Of a stretch of 64,000 bases of DNA, positions 20,208-30,280 are shown one piece after another. Position 1 is the first letter of the stretch. Every line of letters starts with the position of its first letter. The stretch is taken from positions 3,232,001 to 3,296,000 of the forward strand of contig OZ244065.1 in the NCBI GenBank assembly GCA_965215505.1, written 5' to 3'. The notes under the pieces are model-generated. The model ran no database searches and was not told where the DNA came from. It saw only the letters and a program-made list of their open reading frames with translations. Source of the stretch: Capsulimonadaceae bacterium. GTDB lineage: Bacteria > Armatimonadota > Armatimonadia > Armatimonadales > Capsulimonadaceae. A program made the position numbers and the translations under genes.

Positions 20208-20571
20208 ACAATTCCGCCCGGCGCAGTTCATGGAAGTCGCCCGGCTTCTGGCACTCGCGCCCACGGATGAGCCGAAGCTGCGGGCAGCCGTGAGCCGCGC
20301 CTACTATGCGATCTTCTTGATGATTCGTGACAAAGCGAACATCACCGGCAAAGAGGGCGTACATGAGCGCGCGAAGATCGCCGCAGCCTCCCGGAGTTCG
20401 GCGGCGGGCGGCACATTCCAGACGTTGCGGGAATTGCGTACCCATGCGGATTATGTTCTCAGGCCGGGGGACCCAGGCTATGACGCTGCCTACGACGACT
20501 GGGAAGACAACTGGAAGAACGCGGAGTGGTGCTACGACTCCCTGCTGAGGTTTATCAGTCAGTGGCAGTGA
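20200..20571 (+). CDS. HEPN-domain protein
   Basis: RAAVSRAYYAIF and LRELRTHADY. Confidence 0.8.
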   Translation: MPEQFRPAQFMEVARLLALAPTDEPKLRAAVSRAYYAIFLMIRDKANITGKEGVHERAKIAAASRSSAAGGTFQTLRELRTHADYVLRPGDPGYDAAYDDWEDNWKNAEWCYDSLLRFISQWQ

Positions 20572-20636
20572 CGAGGCCGAACGGGGAACACAGCCGCTTG
20601 AATAGCGGCTTTTTTCATGCCGCACATAAACCCCAG

Positions 20637-23600
20637 CTAGCTCGCCGCCGGGACCTGCATCCCCAGCACGCGGGAGACGCCGGGCTGGGTCATGGTGACG
20701 CCGTACCAGACCGGGGCGGCTTCCATTGTCGTGGGATTGTGGGTAATGACGATCATCTGCGACCGCTGGCCGAAGTCGCGCAGGAGGTCGGCGAAGCGCT
20801 CGACGTTCGCGCCGTCGAGGGGGGCGTCTACCTCGTCCAGCACGCAGAAGGGGCTGGGCTTGACATAGAGGAAGGCGAACAGCAAGGCGGCGGCGGTCAG
20901 GGCGCGCTCGCCGCCGGACAGCAGGGCGAGCGGCTGGCGCTTCTTGCCGGGGACCTGGACGACGATGTCCACGCCGGTTTCCAGGATGTCGTCGGGGGCG
21001 GTCAGGACAAGCTCGGTCTTGCCGCCGCCGAACAGGCGGGTGAAGACGGTTTCAAAGGCGGCGGCGACGGCCTGGAATGTCTCCAAAAAGACGCCGCGCG
21101 TGCCCGCATCTATCTCCTGGATGGCGGCCAGCAGCTTGGCCCGCGCTTCCTCCAGGTCGGCGGCCTGGGTCAAGAGGAACTCGTGCCGCGCGCTCACCTC
21201 GGCGTACTCCTCGATGGCGGCGGGGTTGACGTCCCCCAGGGCGCGCAGGTCGCGGCGCAGGCGGGCGACCTCCTGCGGCATCCCGTCGGCCACTTCGGGG
21301 TCTTCGGTAAGCGCCAGAGCGGCTTCGAGCGAAATCTCGTATTCTTCCCACAGCCGCGTCGCCAGGGTATCCCGCTGGACCTGCAAACGCGCCTCGCGGA
21401 CCTCGTTCTTGTGGACGGCGTCCAGGGCGGCGGCCCGCGCTTCGCCCAGGGAGCGCATGAGGGCATTGGCGTCATAGGACTCTTGCAGGAGTTTTTGACG
21501 GGCCGCCGCCTGCGCTTCTAATGCGGCCTGGGCGTCGTCGCGCGCCGCGCGGGCGCGGGCCACTTCACCCTCACGCGCCTCGGCCTGGGCGACCAGTGCC
21601 TCTAACTCTTCCCCGGCCGTCACCGCCTGCCGCGCCCGGCGCTCCTCCTGGGCGAGCAAGGCGTCGGCCTCCCCGCGCGCGTTGCGGCCCGCCCGGTCCA
21701 GGCTGCCGGTCCGCTCGGCCACGGTGGCAAGCTGGATACGCACCGTCGTCAGGTCCGACTGCAAGCCGTCGCGCTCCACGGTCAAGAGGGCAAGCTGCTC
21801 CGCCTCGGCGGCCTGCGTTTCGTCGGCACCCGCCGTCTCGACGCCGCCGGAGGCCAGGGCCAGGACCGTTTTCGCGGCGTGTTCGCGCGCCTGAGCCAGT
21901 GTCGCCTGGGCGTTCTCGATCCGGCGGACGCCCGCCGCCCGCGCCTCATCCGCCCGCCGTGCCTCGCCCGCCGCCCGCTCCGCACGGCGTTCGACGTCGG
22001 TCCTGGCGGCTTGTGCGGACTGCTTCGCGGCCTGCGCCTCGGACAAGGCCCGCTCCGCCGCCTCGCGCGAGGCTTCGGCGTCTTTGAGTTCGTTCTGACA
22101 CTTTTCGAGTTCGCGCTGCCTTGCCACGATCTCGGTCTGGCCCGCCGCGATCTCCGTCTTGCGGCCCAGGATGTTTGCCGTGCGCCCGCTCTGACGCCCG
22201 CCGGTGAGCGCGCCCGAGGGCAGGACCAGCTCGCCGGTCCGGGTCACGACCCGGTTCCAGCCCCGCGCGACCGTCGAGGCGCGCAGGGCGTCGTCCAGGG
22301 TTTCGCAGACGAAGACGCGGCCCAACAGGACCTCCAAAGCGGGCCGGAACTTTGGGTCGAACGTGATGATGTCGAGCGCGGCCCCCAGCACCCCGGTCAG
22401 TCCCATGGCCCGGCCCATGTCGAGCGTGTCCCGGCCCGGACGCATCCGGTTCAGGGGCAGGAAGGTCGCTCGGCCCGCCCGATGCTCGTGCAAATAGGCG
22501 ATGGCGGCCTTGGCGGCATCCTCGGTGTCGGTGATGATGTCCTGGAGGCTGGCGGCCAGGGCGGTTTCAAACGCCGTCTCGTACCCCGCCGGGGTCTGGA
22601 ACGAGTCCGCGACGACGGTGAAGTCGCCGCCCAGCCCGCCGTGCTTTTTGGCTTCGAAGACCGCCTTGACGCCCGCGAAATAGCCCTCCTGCGCGGCCTC
22701 TAGCTCTTGCAGGGTCCGCAGCCGCGTAGATAGGGCGACGGAGGCCGATTGGGCGGCGTTGGCCCGCGCGCCGACGGCCCCCACCGCCTGCCGGGCGGCG
22801 TCCCGCTTGCCTAAAGCATCGGTCAATGCCGTTTCTGCCGCCCCGAGCGCCGACTTCGCTGCTTCGACGGCCGCCCGCGCCGCCGTCGCCTCTTGCTGGA
22901 GGTCGCCCGCGCCCGCTTCCGCCCGTGCGGCCTCATCGCGCAGGGCGGGCAGGCCGGCTTCCAGCTCCGCGACACGCGCACCGGCCCGTGCGGCGTCGGC
23001 CTCGCGCGATGCCTGCTGGCGGGCCAATGTCAGGCTTTCGGCCCGACGCCGCTCCGCCTGACGGGTCAGGGCGGCGATCTTCTCGGCCAGCGCCTGCACG
23101 GCCGCCTGCCGCTCGGCGGCCTGACGACGCAGGGCGATCTCCTCCGCCCGCGCCTCCCCTAACTCCGCTTCCAGGTCGGCCACCTGACTGACCAGGCGCG
23201 CGCGCCGCTCGGCAAGTTCCTCGCGCTCCTGGGCGGTCTGACGCAGGGATTGGGCCAGGCCTTCGGCCCGCTGGGCGGCCAGGGCGCGGGCGCTCTCGGC
23301 CCGCTCCGCCGTCCCGGACGCCGCCTGAGCCGCCCGCCGCCCTTCTTCCAACTGTGCCTCGGCCTCGGCGAAGCGGGCGGCGATGTCCTGCGCCCTTGCT
23401 TCGGCCTCGCTGAGATCGGCGGAGTGTTCGGCGGCCCGCGCCTGGTCCCGCTCGCGGACAGTCCGCGCCGCCGTCATCTCGGCCTCGGCGAAGCGCAGGT
23501 CTACCAGAAGCAAACTGCTCTCGATAGCCCGCAGCCGGTCCTTCAGGGCGGCATACCGCTCCGCCCGCTCGGCCTGACGGCGCAGCGGCTCGACCCGCCC

Positions 23601-25874
23601 GAGGATCTCGCTCTGGATGTCCCGGACGCGGTTGAGGTTAAGCTCGGTCGCCTCCAACTTCCGCAGGGCCTCACGCTTCTTGACGCGGTACTTCTTGATG
23701 CCTGCCGCCTCTTCGAACAGCCCGCGCCGGTCCTCGGCGTTCGCGGACAGCACGGCATCGATCTGCCCCTGGTTGACCAGCGAGTACGACTCGCGTCCGA
23801 CGCCGGTGTCTAAAAACAGCTCATAGATGTCTTTAAGCCGGCAGGGGACTTTGTTCAGGAAATACTCGCCCTCGCCGGTCCGGTAGGCCCGGCGGGTGAT
23901 CGTCACCTCGCCGAACTCGACCGGCAGGCCGCCGTCGGAGTTGTCCACGGTCAGGGACACCTCGGCCATGCCCATCGCCCGACGGCCCTCGCTGCCCGCG
24001 AAGATGACGTCGGCGGCCTTGGTCCCGCGCAGGGCCGACGCCTTCTGCTCGCCCAGTACCCACAGGATTCCATCGCCTATGTTGCTGTTGTGGACGATGA
24101 TGTCGTTCGCGACGAAGTTGTGGGTCCCGGCGACGCTCAGGTCATAGACCCACTCATCGGGCGGCTCCATCTGCCCGATGCTGACGACTTCATCCCAATA
24201 GATGTCGGAGCCGGCCAGCGCCGTGAGCTGCTTCAGCGTCTCCCGCGCCTGCGGGGCGGTGGTCCCGTGACGTTTGATCGCCGCGACGCACTCCCTGATG
24301 CCTAAGCGGCTTGCCTCGCAGCGCCCCTCGGCATAGGCCGCCATCTTCGGGTAAAGGCGGCGCAAGGGTTTCAACTTGAAACCGGCCTGCCGTATGCACT
24401 CCCGGATGAGCGGCGTGGCGGTGGGAATGATGTCGTGGTTAGGATTGCCGGTGACCGTCAGCGCGCGGAGCGCCAGCAGTCTCGTCTGCTTCTCCCCAAC
24501 GAAGTGGAGGTGGCTTGCGGCTGTCTTGAGCTGCTCCGCTCCGTAGATCATCACCGAAAAGTATTGCCGCTGCCGCTTCTCTAAGGTGTTCGTCGCGCAC
24601 TTCATCTTCGGGCGGAGCGTCGCGAAGATGCCCAGGCGCAGCAGAAGTGAGATCGTCTGCTCGGCCAACCGGCGGCTGGCGGTCACATACTCGATGTAGT
24701 TGACCTCCTTCTTCACCCCGGCGGCGGGATGCACACAGAGGTAAGCATCCCCTTCAAACATGCCGGAAAGGAACGCCCACTGCACCAAGGGCGGGCCGGC
24801 AAACACCTGCGGCGGGATGCACTTGTCCGCCGAACCCGCGTCCACACGGAAGCCGAACATCTGGTGCAGCACATGGCCCAGCGTTTTGGAAAAGAGGAGG
24901 CTGTCTACGGCATACGGCTTGTAGTTCTTGGCGCAGGCCACAAGCCCGAACAGGTCGGAGGCCAGGCGCGCGTAATCCGCATTGATGAGGGGGTCGGAGT
25001 TCACGAACCAGACCAAGCCATTGCCGTTGTTCCGGCCCTCGGCGATCAGCAGGCCGAGGAAACGTGCCAGTTCCGGGGTCATCGCCGGCGGCAGCCGAAA
25101 CGTCGCCGCGCCCCGAGATTTTAGCATCCCGTCAAAAGGGACCGGCAAGGATGCAGCCCCCGCCAGGCTCGTGAGTACGGCCGTATCGACGCCCTGCGCG
25201 TTGAGCGGGCTGCTGAACTGCGTGCTGGGGACTTCCGCCGCGCGCCGCCAGGCCGCCCAAGACCCGAACCGGGCGTACCCCCGGTCCGCCCAGGAGCGGA
25301 GCGCGGCGGACGGCGGGACGTAGATGTGGGAACCGGCGGCGAAAAGTGGGACAGGATTGGCCAGGGCAGGGAAGTCGTCGCCGGATTGGACCGGCAGGCG
25401 GCGCGGCAGAGCGACGCGCAGGCCCGGCGTCAGTTCGGCTGCCGTGAGCGCCTTCAAGCGCCCCTCGGAGAGCGTGAAGAACGGGTGGTAGGGCGTCGCG
25501 GTCACTTCCCGCCCTGAGCGGGTGCGTACGCGCAGGAGATGGTCGGGTGCCTGCCGCTTGATGAACCCAGCGACCGGCCGTGGTTCCAGGCGCAGCGTCC
25601 GGGGATTCAGCGAGAGGATGCGGATGGAGTCCGGATTCTCGCGCGTGAGCCACCCGTCATCCAGCGTCTTGGCGGCCGGGGCGGCGAGCGCCCTATCTAC
25701 CAGCTCCCTGATCGGCACGTCGCGCCCGTCGGCGAGTGTGACGCGCGTGTCGCCCGTGACGCACTTGCCCGAGCCATTTGGGCCAACAATGGCGGTGACG
25801 CCGTCGGCGAACTCGACTTCCGTTTTGTCGGCAAAGGTCTTGAACCCGTGCAGTTGCAGTTTCTTCAGGCGCAT
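20637..25874 (-). CDS. smc: Chromosome segregation protein SMC, intein-containing
   Basis: GFKTFAD, GPNGSGK|SN, EEAAGI, hinge GRATFLPL, LSGGE, LDEVDAPLD; 1745 aa precursor, 1186 aa after splicing. Confidence 0.97.
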   Translation of the reverse strand: MRLKKLQLHGFKTFADKTEVEFADGVTAIVGPNGSGKCVTGDTRVTLADGRDVPIRELVDRALAAPAAKTLDDGWLTRENPDSIRILSLNPRTLRLEPRPVAGFIKRQAPDHLLRVRTRSGREVTATPYHPFFTLSEGRLKALTAAELTPGLRVALPRRLPVQSGDDFPALANPVPLFAAGSHIYVPPSAALRSWADRGYARFGSWAAWRRAAEVPSTQFSSPLNAQGVDTAVLTSLAGAASLPVPFDGMLKSRGAATFRLPPAMTPELARFLGLLIAEGRNNGNGLVWFVNSDPLINADYARLASDLFGLVACAKNYKPYAVDSLLFSKTLGHVLHQMFGFRVDAGSADKCIPPQVFAGPPLVQWAFLSGMFEGDAYLCVHPAAGVKKEVNYIEYVTASRRLAEQTISLLLRLGIFATLRPKMKCATNTLEKRQRQYFSVMIYGAEQLKTAASHLHFVGEKQTRLLALRALTVTGNPNHDIIPTATPLIRECIRQAGFKLKPLRRLYPKMAAYAEGRCEASRLGIRECVAAIKRHGTTAPQARETLKQLTALAGSDIYWDEVVSIGQMEPPDEWVYDLSVAGTHNFVANDIIVHNSNIGDGILWVLGEQKASALRGTKAADVIFAGSEGRRAMGMAEVSLTVDNSDGGLPVEFGEVTITRRAYRTGEGEYFLNKVPCRLKDIYELFLDTGVGRESYSLVNQGQIDAVLSANAEDRRGLFEEAAGIKKYRVKKREALRKLEATELNLNRVRDIQSEILGRVEPLRRQAERAERYAALKDRLRAIESSLLLVDLRFAEAEMTAARTVRERDQARAAEHSADLSEAEARAQDIAARFAEAEAQLEEGRRAAQAASGTAERAESARALAAQRAEGLAQSLRQTAQEREELAERRARLVSQVADLEAELGEARAEEIALRRQAAERQAAVQALAEKIAALTRQAERRRAESLTLARQQASREADAARAGARVAELEAGLPALRDEAARAEAGAGDLQQEATAARAAVEAAKSALGAAETALTDALGKRDAARQAVGAVGARANAAQSASVALSTRLRTLQELEAAQEGYFAGVKAVFEAKKHGGLGGDFTVVADSFQTPAGYETAFETALAASLQDIITDTEDAAKAAIAYLHEHRAGRATFLPLNRMRPGRDTLDMGRAMGLTGVLGAALDIITFDPKFRPALEVLLGRVFVCETLDDALRASTVARGWNRVVTRTGELVLPSGALTGGRQSGRTANILGRKTEIAAGQTEIVARQRELEKCQNELKDAEASREAAERALSEAQAAKQSAQAARTDVERRAERAAGEARRADEARAAGVRRIENAQATLAQAREHAAKTVLALASGGVETAGADETQAAEAEQLALLTVERDGLQSDLTTVRIQLATVAERTGSLDRAGRNARGEADALLAQEERRARQAVTAGEELEALVAQAEAREGEVARARAARDDAQAALEAQAAARQKLLQESYDANALMRSLGEARAAALDAVHKNEVREARLQVQRDTLATRLWEEYEISLEAALALTEDPEVADGMPQEVARLRRDLRALGDVNPAAIEEYAEVSARHEFLLTQAADLEEARAKLLAAIQEIDAGTRGVFLETFQAVAAAFETVFTRLFGGGKTELVLTAPDDILETGVDIVVQVPGKKRQPLALLSGGERALTAAALLFAFLYVKPSPFCVLDEVDAPLDGANVERFADLLRDFGQRSQMIVITHNPTTMEAAPVWYGVTMTQPGVSRVLGMQVPAAS
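24087..25763 (-). mobile_element. Intein with LAGLIDADG homing endonuclease (559 aa)
   Basis: CVTGDTRV, TATPYHPF, FLGLLIAEG, FLSGMFEGDA, VYDLSVAGTHNF, terminal HN followed by Ser. Confidence 0.96.
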
Positions 25875-26010
25875 CCGTACTCTGAGTATAGCCGATTGGG
25901 GAGTCCGTTGTCAAAAGGAGGAGGGGGAGCAGGGGGCGAGCGGCCTTCAGCCATACGTCCGGTGGCTCAGGCGGCCTCCGTACATAGCCTCAAGAACTCC
26001 GTTTTCCCCC

Positions 26011-26667
26011 TCATCCGGCCAGCCGCCAATCGGCGCGGTCGCGGGTGCGCGCGACGATCTCAGCGTTGAGGCGGTCGTTGGCCGCCACCCGCGCCTCGGC
26101 CTCCTCTCGGGTCAGGCCCCAGGCGAACATGTGCCGCGTGGTCAGCCGCTCCATCGCGACTTCCATGGGCGTGTCCAAATACCAGCGCTCATCCCAGAGC
26201 GGGCCGAGTTCTCCCCAGCCGTCTTCCGTGTGCAGCAGGTACAGCCCTTCCACGAGGACCAGGCGCGTCGCGGGCGCGACGGTCTCGGCGTCCTCCACGG
26301 GGTCGCCGATCTCGTGCTGGAAGCCGGGCCAGCCGACCGCCGCCCGCCCCGCCGCGTTCTTCAACTCGCGCAGGCGGGACACGAGGGCGGGCGCGTCGAA
26401 GGTCCACGGGGCACCGCGCCGGGCGAACGCGGCCTCCGGGTCCGGCATCGCCCGCAGTTCGGCTTTCGTCAGATGGAACCCGTCCATCCCCAGCGCAGCC
26501 ATCGTCCCCGGCCCTTGGGCATCGTTCACTTCGGCGGCCAGCCGCGCGGCCAATGTACTCTTGCCCGAGCCGGGCAGGCCCGCCAGGGCGATGAGGGCGC
26601 GCGGGGTGCCTTGGGCGAGCCGCGCCAGGAGGGTTTGCAGGGGGTCATCTCGGAGGGGTACGGTCAA
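26011..26667 (-). CDS. P-loop kinase (uridine/pantothenate kinase-like)
   Basis: GLPGSGKST, MDGFH, RRGAPWTFD, VEGLYLL. Confidence 0.85.
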   Translation of the reverse strand: MTVPLRDDPLQTLLARLAQGTPRALIALAGLPGSGKSTLAARLAAEVNDAQGPGTMAALGMDGFHLTKAELRAMPDPEAAFARRGAPWTFDAPALVSRLRELKNAAGRAAVGWPGFQHEIGDPVEDAETVAPATRLVLVEGLYLLHTEDGWGELGPLWDERWYLDTPMEVAMERLTTRHMFAWGLTREEAEARVAANDRLNAEIVARTRDRADWRLAG

Positions 26668-27205
26668 CAGAAAACTCCTGTCTGCTCAAAATCCGGTGTG
26701 CGTGGCAAGCAAAGGCACCTACAGAGGGAGTAAGCCTTATATCCTACTCATGGATTTGCCGCCCCAGGGTCATTCAGTTTTCCAGCGGTTAAGACCGCAG
26801 CAACAAGTCCACAAAGTCTGCCTTCGCAGACTAATATCTATTCGGAAACTGGGAAGGCAGGTTTTGTGCCTTCGTTGCCGCGACTTTAGCCGCCTGCAAA
26901 GAGAACTGAATGCCCCTGCTTCCTGCCCGTATTATGACACATTACTCGGGGTGTTGTCGTCAGCACCGGGGCTTGGTACACCCCAGCCCCACGCCCTCCG
27001 GGTCTGCCAGTGTAAAGGCGGGGGTTTCTAGCCGCAGGCTGTATAGCCGTGCCACTCATGGCATGGTTCCGAGAGAGCCGTGAGTGAAATGCAGCAGTCC
27101 CATGTGCCACGCCAATTAGCCTTGACTTCCAGGGGACGAAGCGATATGATTGTGTCAGTAGAGACTCTTGAAGGGCAACATTATCATACACCGGTAAAGC
27201 GTACC

Positions 27206-27406
27206 ATGACCGAAAACGAGCAGCAGTATCATATCACGCAGGGCTGGATACAAAAGTTTACGCAGACGTTGGGCCGCCTCGATGCCCAGCCGGAGGAGGG
27301 CGCTGCCCGGCACCCGCTCTTGCGGAAGGCGGAGCGGGACGGGCTGGAAAGCCAGATCGAGGCGCTGCAACAGGAAGTGCGGCAGTATGAGGCGCTCCGC
27401 CGGTAG
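27206..27406 (+). CDS. Short coiled-coil protein resembling the N-terminus of XRE-family regulators; HTH absent
   Basis: MTENEQQYHITQ...LESQIEALQQEVRQYEAL; TTGACT N17 TATGAT at 27122-27150. Confidence 0.55.
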   Translation: MTENEQQYHITQGWIQKFTQTLGRLDAQPEEGAARHPLLRKAERDGLESQIEALQQEVRQYEALRR

Positions 27407-27415
27407 AAAGTGACC

Positions 27416-28642
27416 TCAGCGGCGGGGCAGCATCCGGACGATGAAGGGGGCCTGTTCGGGGCGCAGTTTGCCGTCATCACCGAGGCAGCCGTCGGGGACC
27501 TGGCCGGGGAGGTCGCCCCAAACCCACCAGTCGCCGCTGATGGGCTGCTGGCGGCCCCTGAAGGTCGGGCCGCCGGGGGCCTCGCCGTTCATGTAGGAGA
27601 GCAGGGTTTCGCCCCAAGCCCTGCTGGGGGCGGCTATCATGGAGGAACCCATCTCGCCGATCCAGACCGGGGCGACGTTTTCGGCCACGAGCCAGCCCCA
27701 GGTCTTGTTCATGCGGGCGATGTAGTCCGGGCCGGACTCGGCACCGGGGTAGCCGCCGATCTCCTTGGGGTACTCGTGGACCGAGTAGACCAGCTTGGAG
27801 GGGTCGCGCAGGACGACCGGCAAGGTGCGGACGACCGACAGGTCGCCCTCATAGGCGTTGATCTTGTAGTTGATGACCGACTCGCAGATGATGAGGGCGT
27901 CGGGGTTGACGGCGAGGACGGCATTGCCGACGTCCTGGTACATGGCGCGGATGTCGGTCGGGCCGCCCCCGCCCCATTGGGCGGGCGTCGCGGTGTGGGC
28001 ACACGGCTCGTTGCGGAGGTCGAAGCCGATCACGGTCGGGTTCTTCGCCCAGTGCCGGGCGAACGTCACCCAGTCGTGCTTGAACTTTTCCGCGCTCACC
28101 GTCCCCTTGTCCCCGCCCCCGTCGGTGCCGTCCGTGCCTGGCCCGGTGTCGAACCAAAGGCCATTGGACTGCTGGGCGGCGTTGCCCCAGTTGGCGGGCG
28201 TGGCCTCGTTATTATGGTTGTCGAAGATCACCTTCAGGCCGGTCTTGCCGCAGGCCGCAACAAATTCATCCAGTTGCGCCATCCCTGCGGGGTCGTCCAG
28301 GGTTTTGTCAATCCACTGCACGCGGGCGCAGTTGAAGCCCGCCGCTTTCATGGCGGTGACATGGCCTGGGATACCATGGAACGGCCCGACCAGTTCCATC
28401 CGCCCGCCGACGACGTTCAGGCCGGGCGCCCCGACGCTCGCGATGCGGACGGGGACGCCGTCCGGGCCAACGATCTGGCTGCCGCGCGTGTGGAGGAATC
28501 CCGCCGGGAGCAGGGCCGGGGCGAGTGTGGGCGGCTTGGCGGGTGTGGGTTGGGCGGGGGCGAGGCAGGGAAGCGTCAGCAGACAGAGGGCAGCGAGGAG
28601 TGAGTAGGCCCGTGTGTTACAAGCCCATGTGTTGATATGCAT
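27416..28642 (-). CDS. Secreted glycoside hydrolase family 5
   Basis: Signal peptide; FLHTRGSQIV, DLRNEP (acid/base), VYSVHEY, WIGEMG (nucleophile). Confidence 0.88.
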   Translation of the reverse strand: MHINTWACNTRAYSLLAALCLLTLPCLAPAQPTPAKPPTLAPALLPAGFLHTRGSQIVGPDGVPVRIASVGAPGLNVVGGRMELVGPFHGIPGHVTAMKAAGFNCARVQWIDKTLDDPAGMAQLDEFVAACGKTGLKVIFDNHNNEATPANWGNAAQQSNGLWFDTGPGTDGTDGGGDKGTVSAEKFKHDWVTFARHWAKNPTVIGFDLRNEPCAHTATPAQWGGGGPTDIRAMYQDVGNAVLAVNPDALIICESVINYKINAYEGDLSVVRTLPVVLRDPSKLVYSVHEYPKEIGGYPGAESGPDYIARMNKTWGWLVAENVAPVWIGEMGSSMIAAPSRAWGETLLSYMNGEAPGGPTFRGRQQPISGDWWVWGDLPGQVPDGCLGDDGKLRPEQAPFIVRMLPRR

Positions 28643-28654
28643 GGTTTTCTCCGT

Positions 28655-28853
28655 AGGGCGAACACAAGCACGAGCGGAAGCACGAGTGATTGAAATCACT
28701 CGCTACCGCCGGACCTGTCCAGGGGACAGCAGAGGGGGACAGCAGAGGGGGACAGCTAATGCGGCACCACCCTGTTCTCGCGTCCCTTGGACGCTTCCCC
28801 TCGCAGCGAGTGAATTCATTCACTCGTGCTTCCGCTCGTGCTTGTGTTCGCCC
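28655..28853. repeat. Palindromic element, family A; overlaps the LysR stop
   Basis: 'agggcgaacacaagcacgagcggaagcacgagtga' inverted at about 28819-28853. Confidence 0.85.
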
Positions 28854-29740
28854 TCTTTATCATGGTTCCCCGACAGCATCTCCCGGAACGCCCGCCCCGC
28901 CCGGCTCTCGTGCGCGCCGCGCCGGGTCAGCCGGTGCAGGGGGCGATTCAAGGTGAGGTCGAAGAGCGGCAGGAGAGCCAGGCGGCCCGTTTCCAGTTCC
29001 AGGCCCAGGGCGAGCCGGGACACGACGGCAAGGCCCGCCCCGGCGGCGACGGCGCGCTTGATGGCCTCGGTACTGCCCAGCGACATGAGCGGCTGAACCG
29101 TCAGGCCCAGGGCGGCCAGGGCACGTTCCAGGACGGCGCGGGTTCCCGACCCCGGCTCGCGCAGGATTAAAGGCTCCCCGAGGAGGTGGGCGGCGGTGAC
29201 GGGGGCTTGTGCCAGGAGCGGATGGTTTGGCGGCGCGATGGCGACCAGCTCATCGTGGGCGAAGACGGCGGCATCGAGGTCTGGGTCGTCGGCGAAGCCT
29301 TCGGTCAGGGCAAGGTCTAAGCGGCCGTCCCGCAGCATCTTCTGGATGTTCTCGGTGTTCCCGATCTCCAAAGTCAGGGCGATGTGGGGGGAGCGGCGGC
29401 TGTACTCGGCCAGCAGCTCGGGCATCAGGTAAGCCCCTACGGTCAGGCTGGCCCCGAGGGTCAGGCTGCCGCGCGCCAAGCCCTGAAGTTCGGCCATCGC
29501 CTGCCCGGCCTCGCGTTCCAGCGCGGACAGGCGGCGGGCATAGCCGAGCAGCAGGTGGCCCGCCTCGGTCAGCCGGACGCCTTTCGGCAGGCGGTCGAAG
29601 AGTTTCGCCCGGAGGGAAGCCTCCAGGACGCCGAGCTGCTTGGAGACGGCGGGCTGGCTGATGCAGAGCCGGTCCGCGCCCCGGCTGACGCTGCCCTCCT
29701 CGGCGACGGCGAGGAAGATCATCAGGTGGTTGTAGTTCAT
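28820..29740 (-). CDS. LysR family regulator
   Basis: N-terminal HTH ISQPAVSKQL...LTEAG; LREPGSGTR, GSTEAIKRAV. Confidence 0.93.
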   Translation of the reverse strand: MNYNHLMIFLAVAEEGSVSRGADRLCISQPAVSKQLGVLEASLRAKLFDRLPKGVRLTEAGHLLLGYARRLSALEREAGQAMAELQGLARGSLTLGASLTVGAYLMPELLAEYSRRSPHIALTLEIGNTENIQKMLRDGRLDLALTEGFADDPDLDAAVFAHDELVAIAPPNHPLLAQAPVTAAHLLGEPLILREPGSGTRAVLERALAALGLTVQPLMSLGSTEAIKRAVAAGAGLAVVSRLALGLELETGRLALLPLFDLTLNRPLHRLTRRGAHESRAGRAFREMLSGNHDKEGEHKHERKHE

Positions 29741-29756
29741 AGGGCGCGGGCCGGGT

Positions 29757-30203
29757 TCACTTCTTCTGCATCAGCAGGACGCTGACCAGCAGGCCCAAAG
29801 CGCCTGCGATGCGCCAGGGGTTCAAGGGGACGCGCGGGACGCCGAGCCAGCCGAAGTGGTCGATGACGACGGCGGCGGTGAGCTGGCCGAAGACGGTGGC
29901 GGCGATGACGATCCCCGCGCTGACCTTGGGGATGCCGATCAGCCCGACGGTGACGGCAAAGGCACCCAGCAGGCCGCCGCCGAGCCAGACCCACCAGTGG
30001 GTCTTCAGAAGCTCCGAGGGCTTCCCGTGGCCCAGGACGCCGAAGGCGGAGAGGGCACCGAGGAGGACGACGCCCACAGTGAACGAGATCAGAGCGCCGA
30101 GCATCGGCGACTTGACGGCGGAACGTAATTGCGCGTTCAGGGCGTCCTGGACGGGCAGGCCCATGCCCGACAGGGCGAGCAGGGCGATCAACAGATACTG
30201 CAA
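29757..30203 (-). CDS. DMT-family small transporter (YdcZ/DUF606-like)
   Basis: Q..LNAQL, ISFTVG, WWVWLGGGLLG, GQL..AVVIDHFG. Confidence 0.85.
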   Translation of the reverse strand: MQYLLIALLALSGMGLPVQDALNAQLRSAVKSPMLGALISFTVGVVLLGALSAFGVLGHGKPSELLKTHWWVWLGGGLLGAFAVTVGLIGIPKVSAGIVIAATVFGQLTAAVVIDHFGWLGVPRVPLNPWRIAGALGLLVSVLLMQKK

Positions 30204-30280
30204 ACACTTACCTCTGGCCGCACCCGCGTCGGCCGGCCCGCGCTATATACGGGCAAACGGGCGGTGGCGTTTCTGGCGCT

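Noticed and set aside
26045-27191. ORFs of 328 aa (+) and 101 aa (-)
   Set aside because: One is largely antisense to the kinase; neither has recognisable motifs or an RBS
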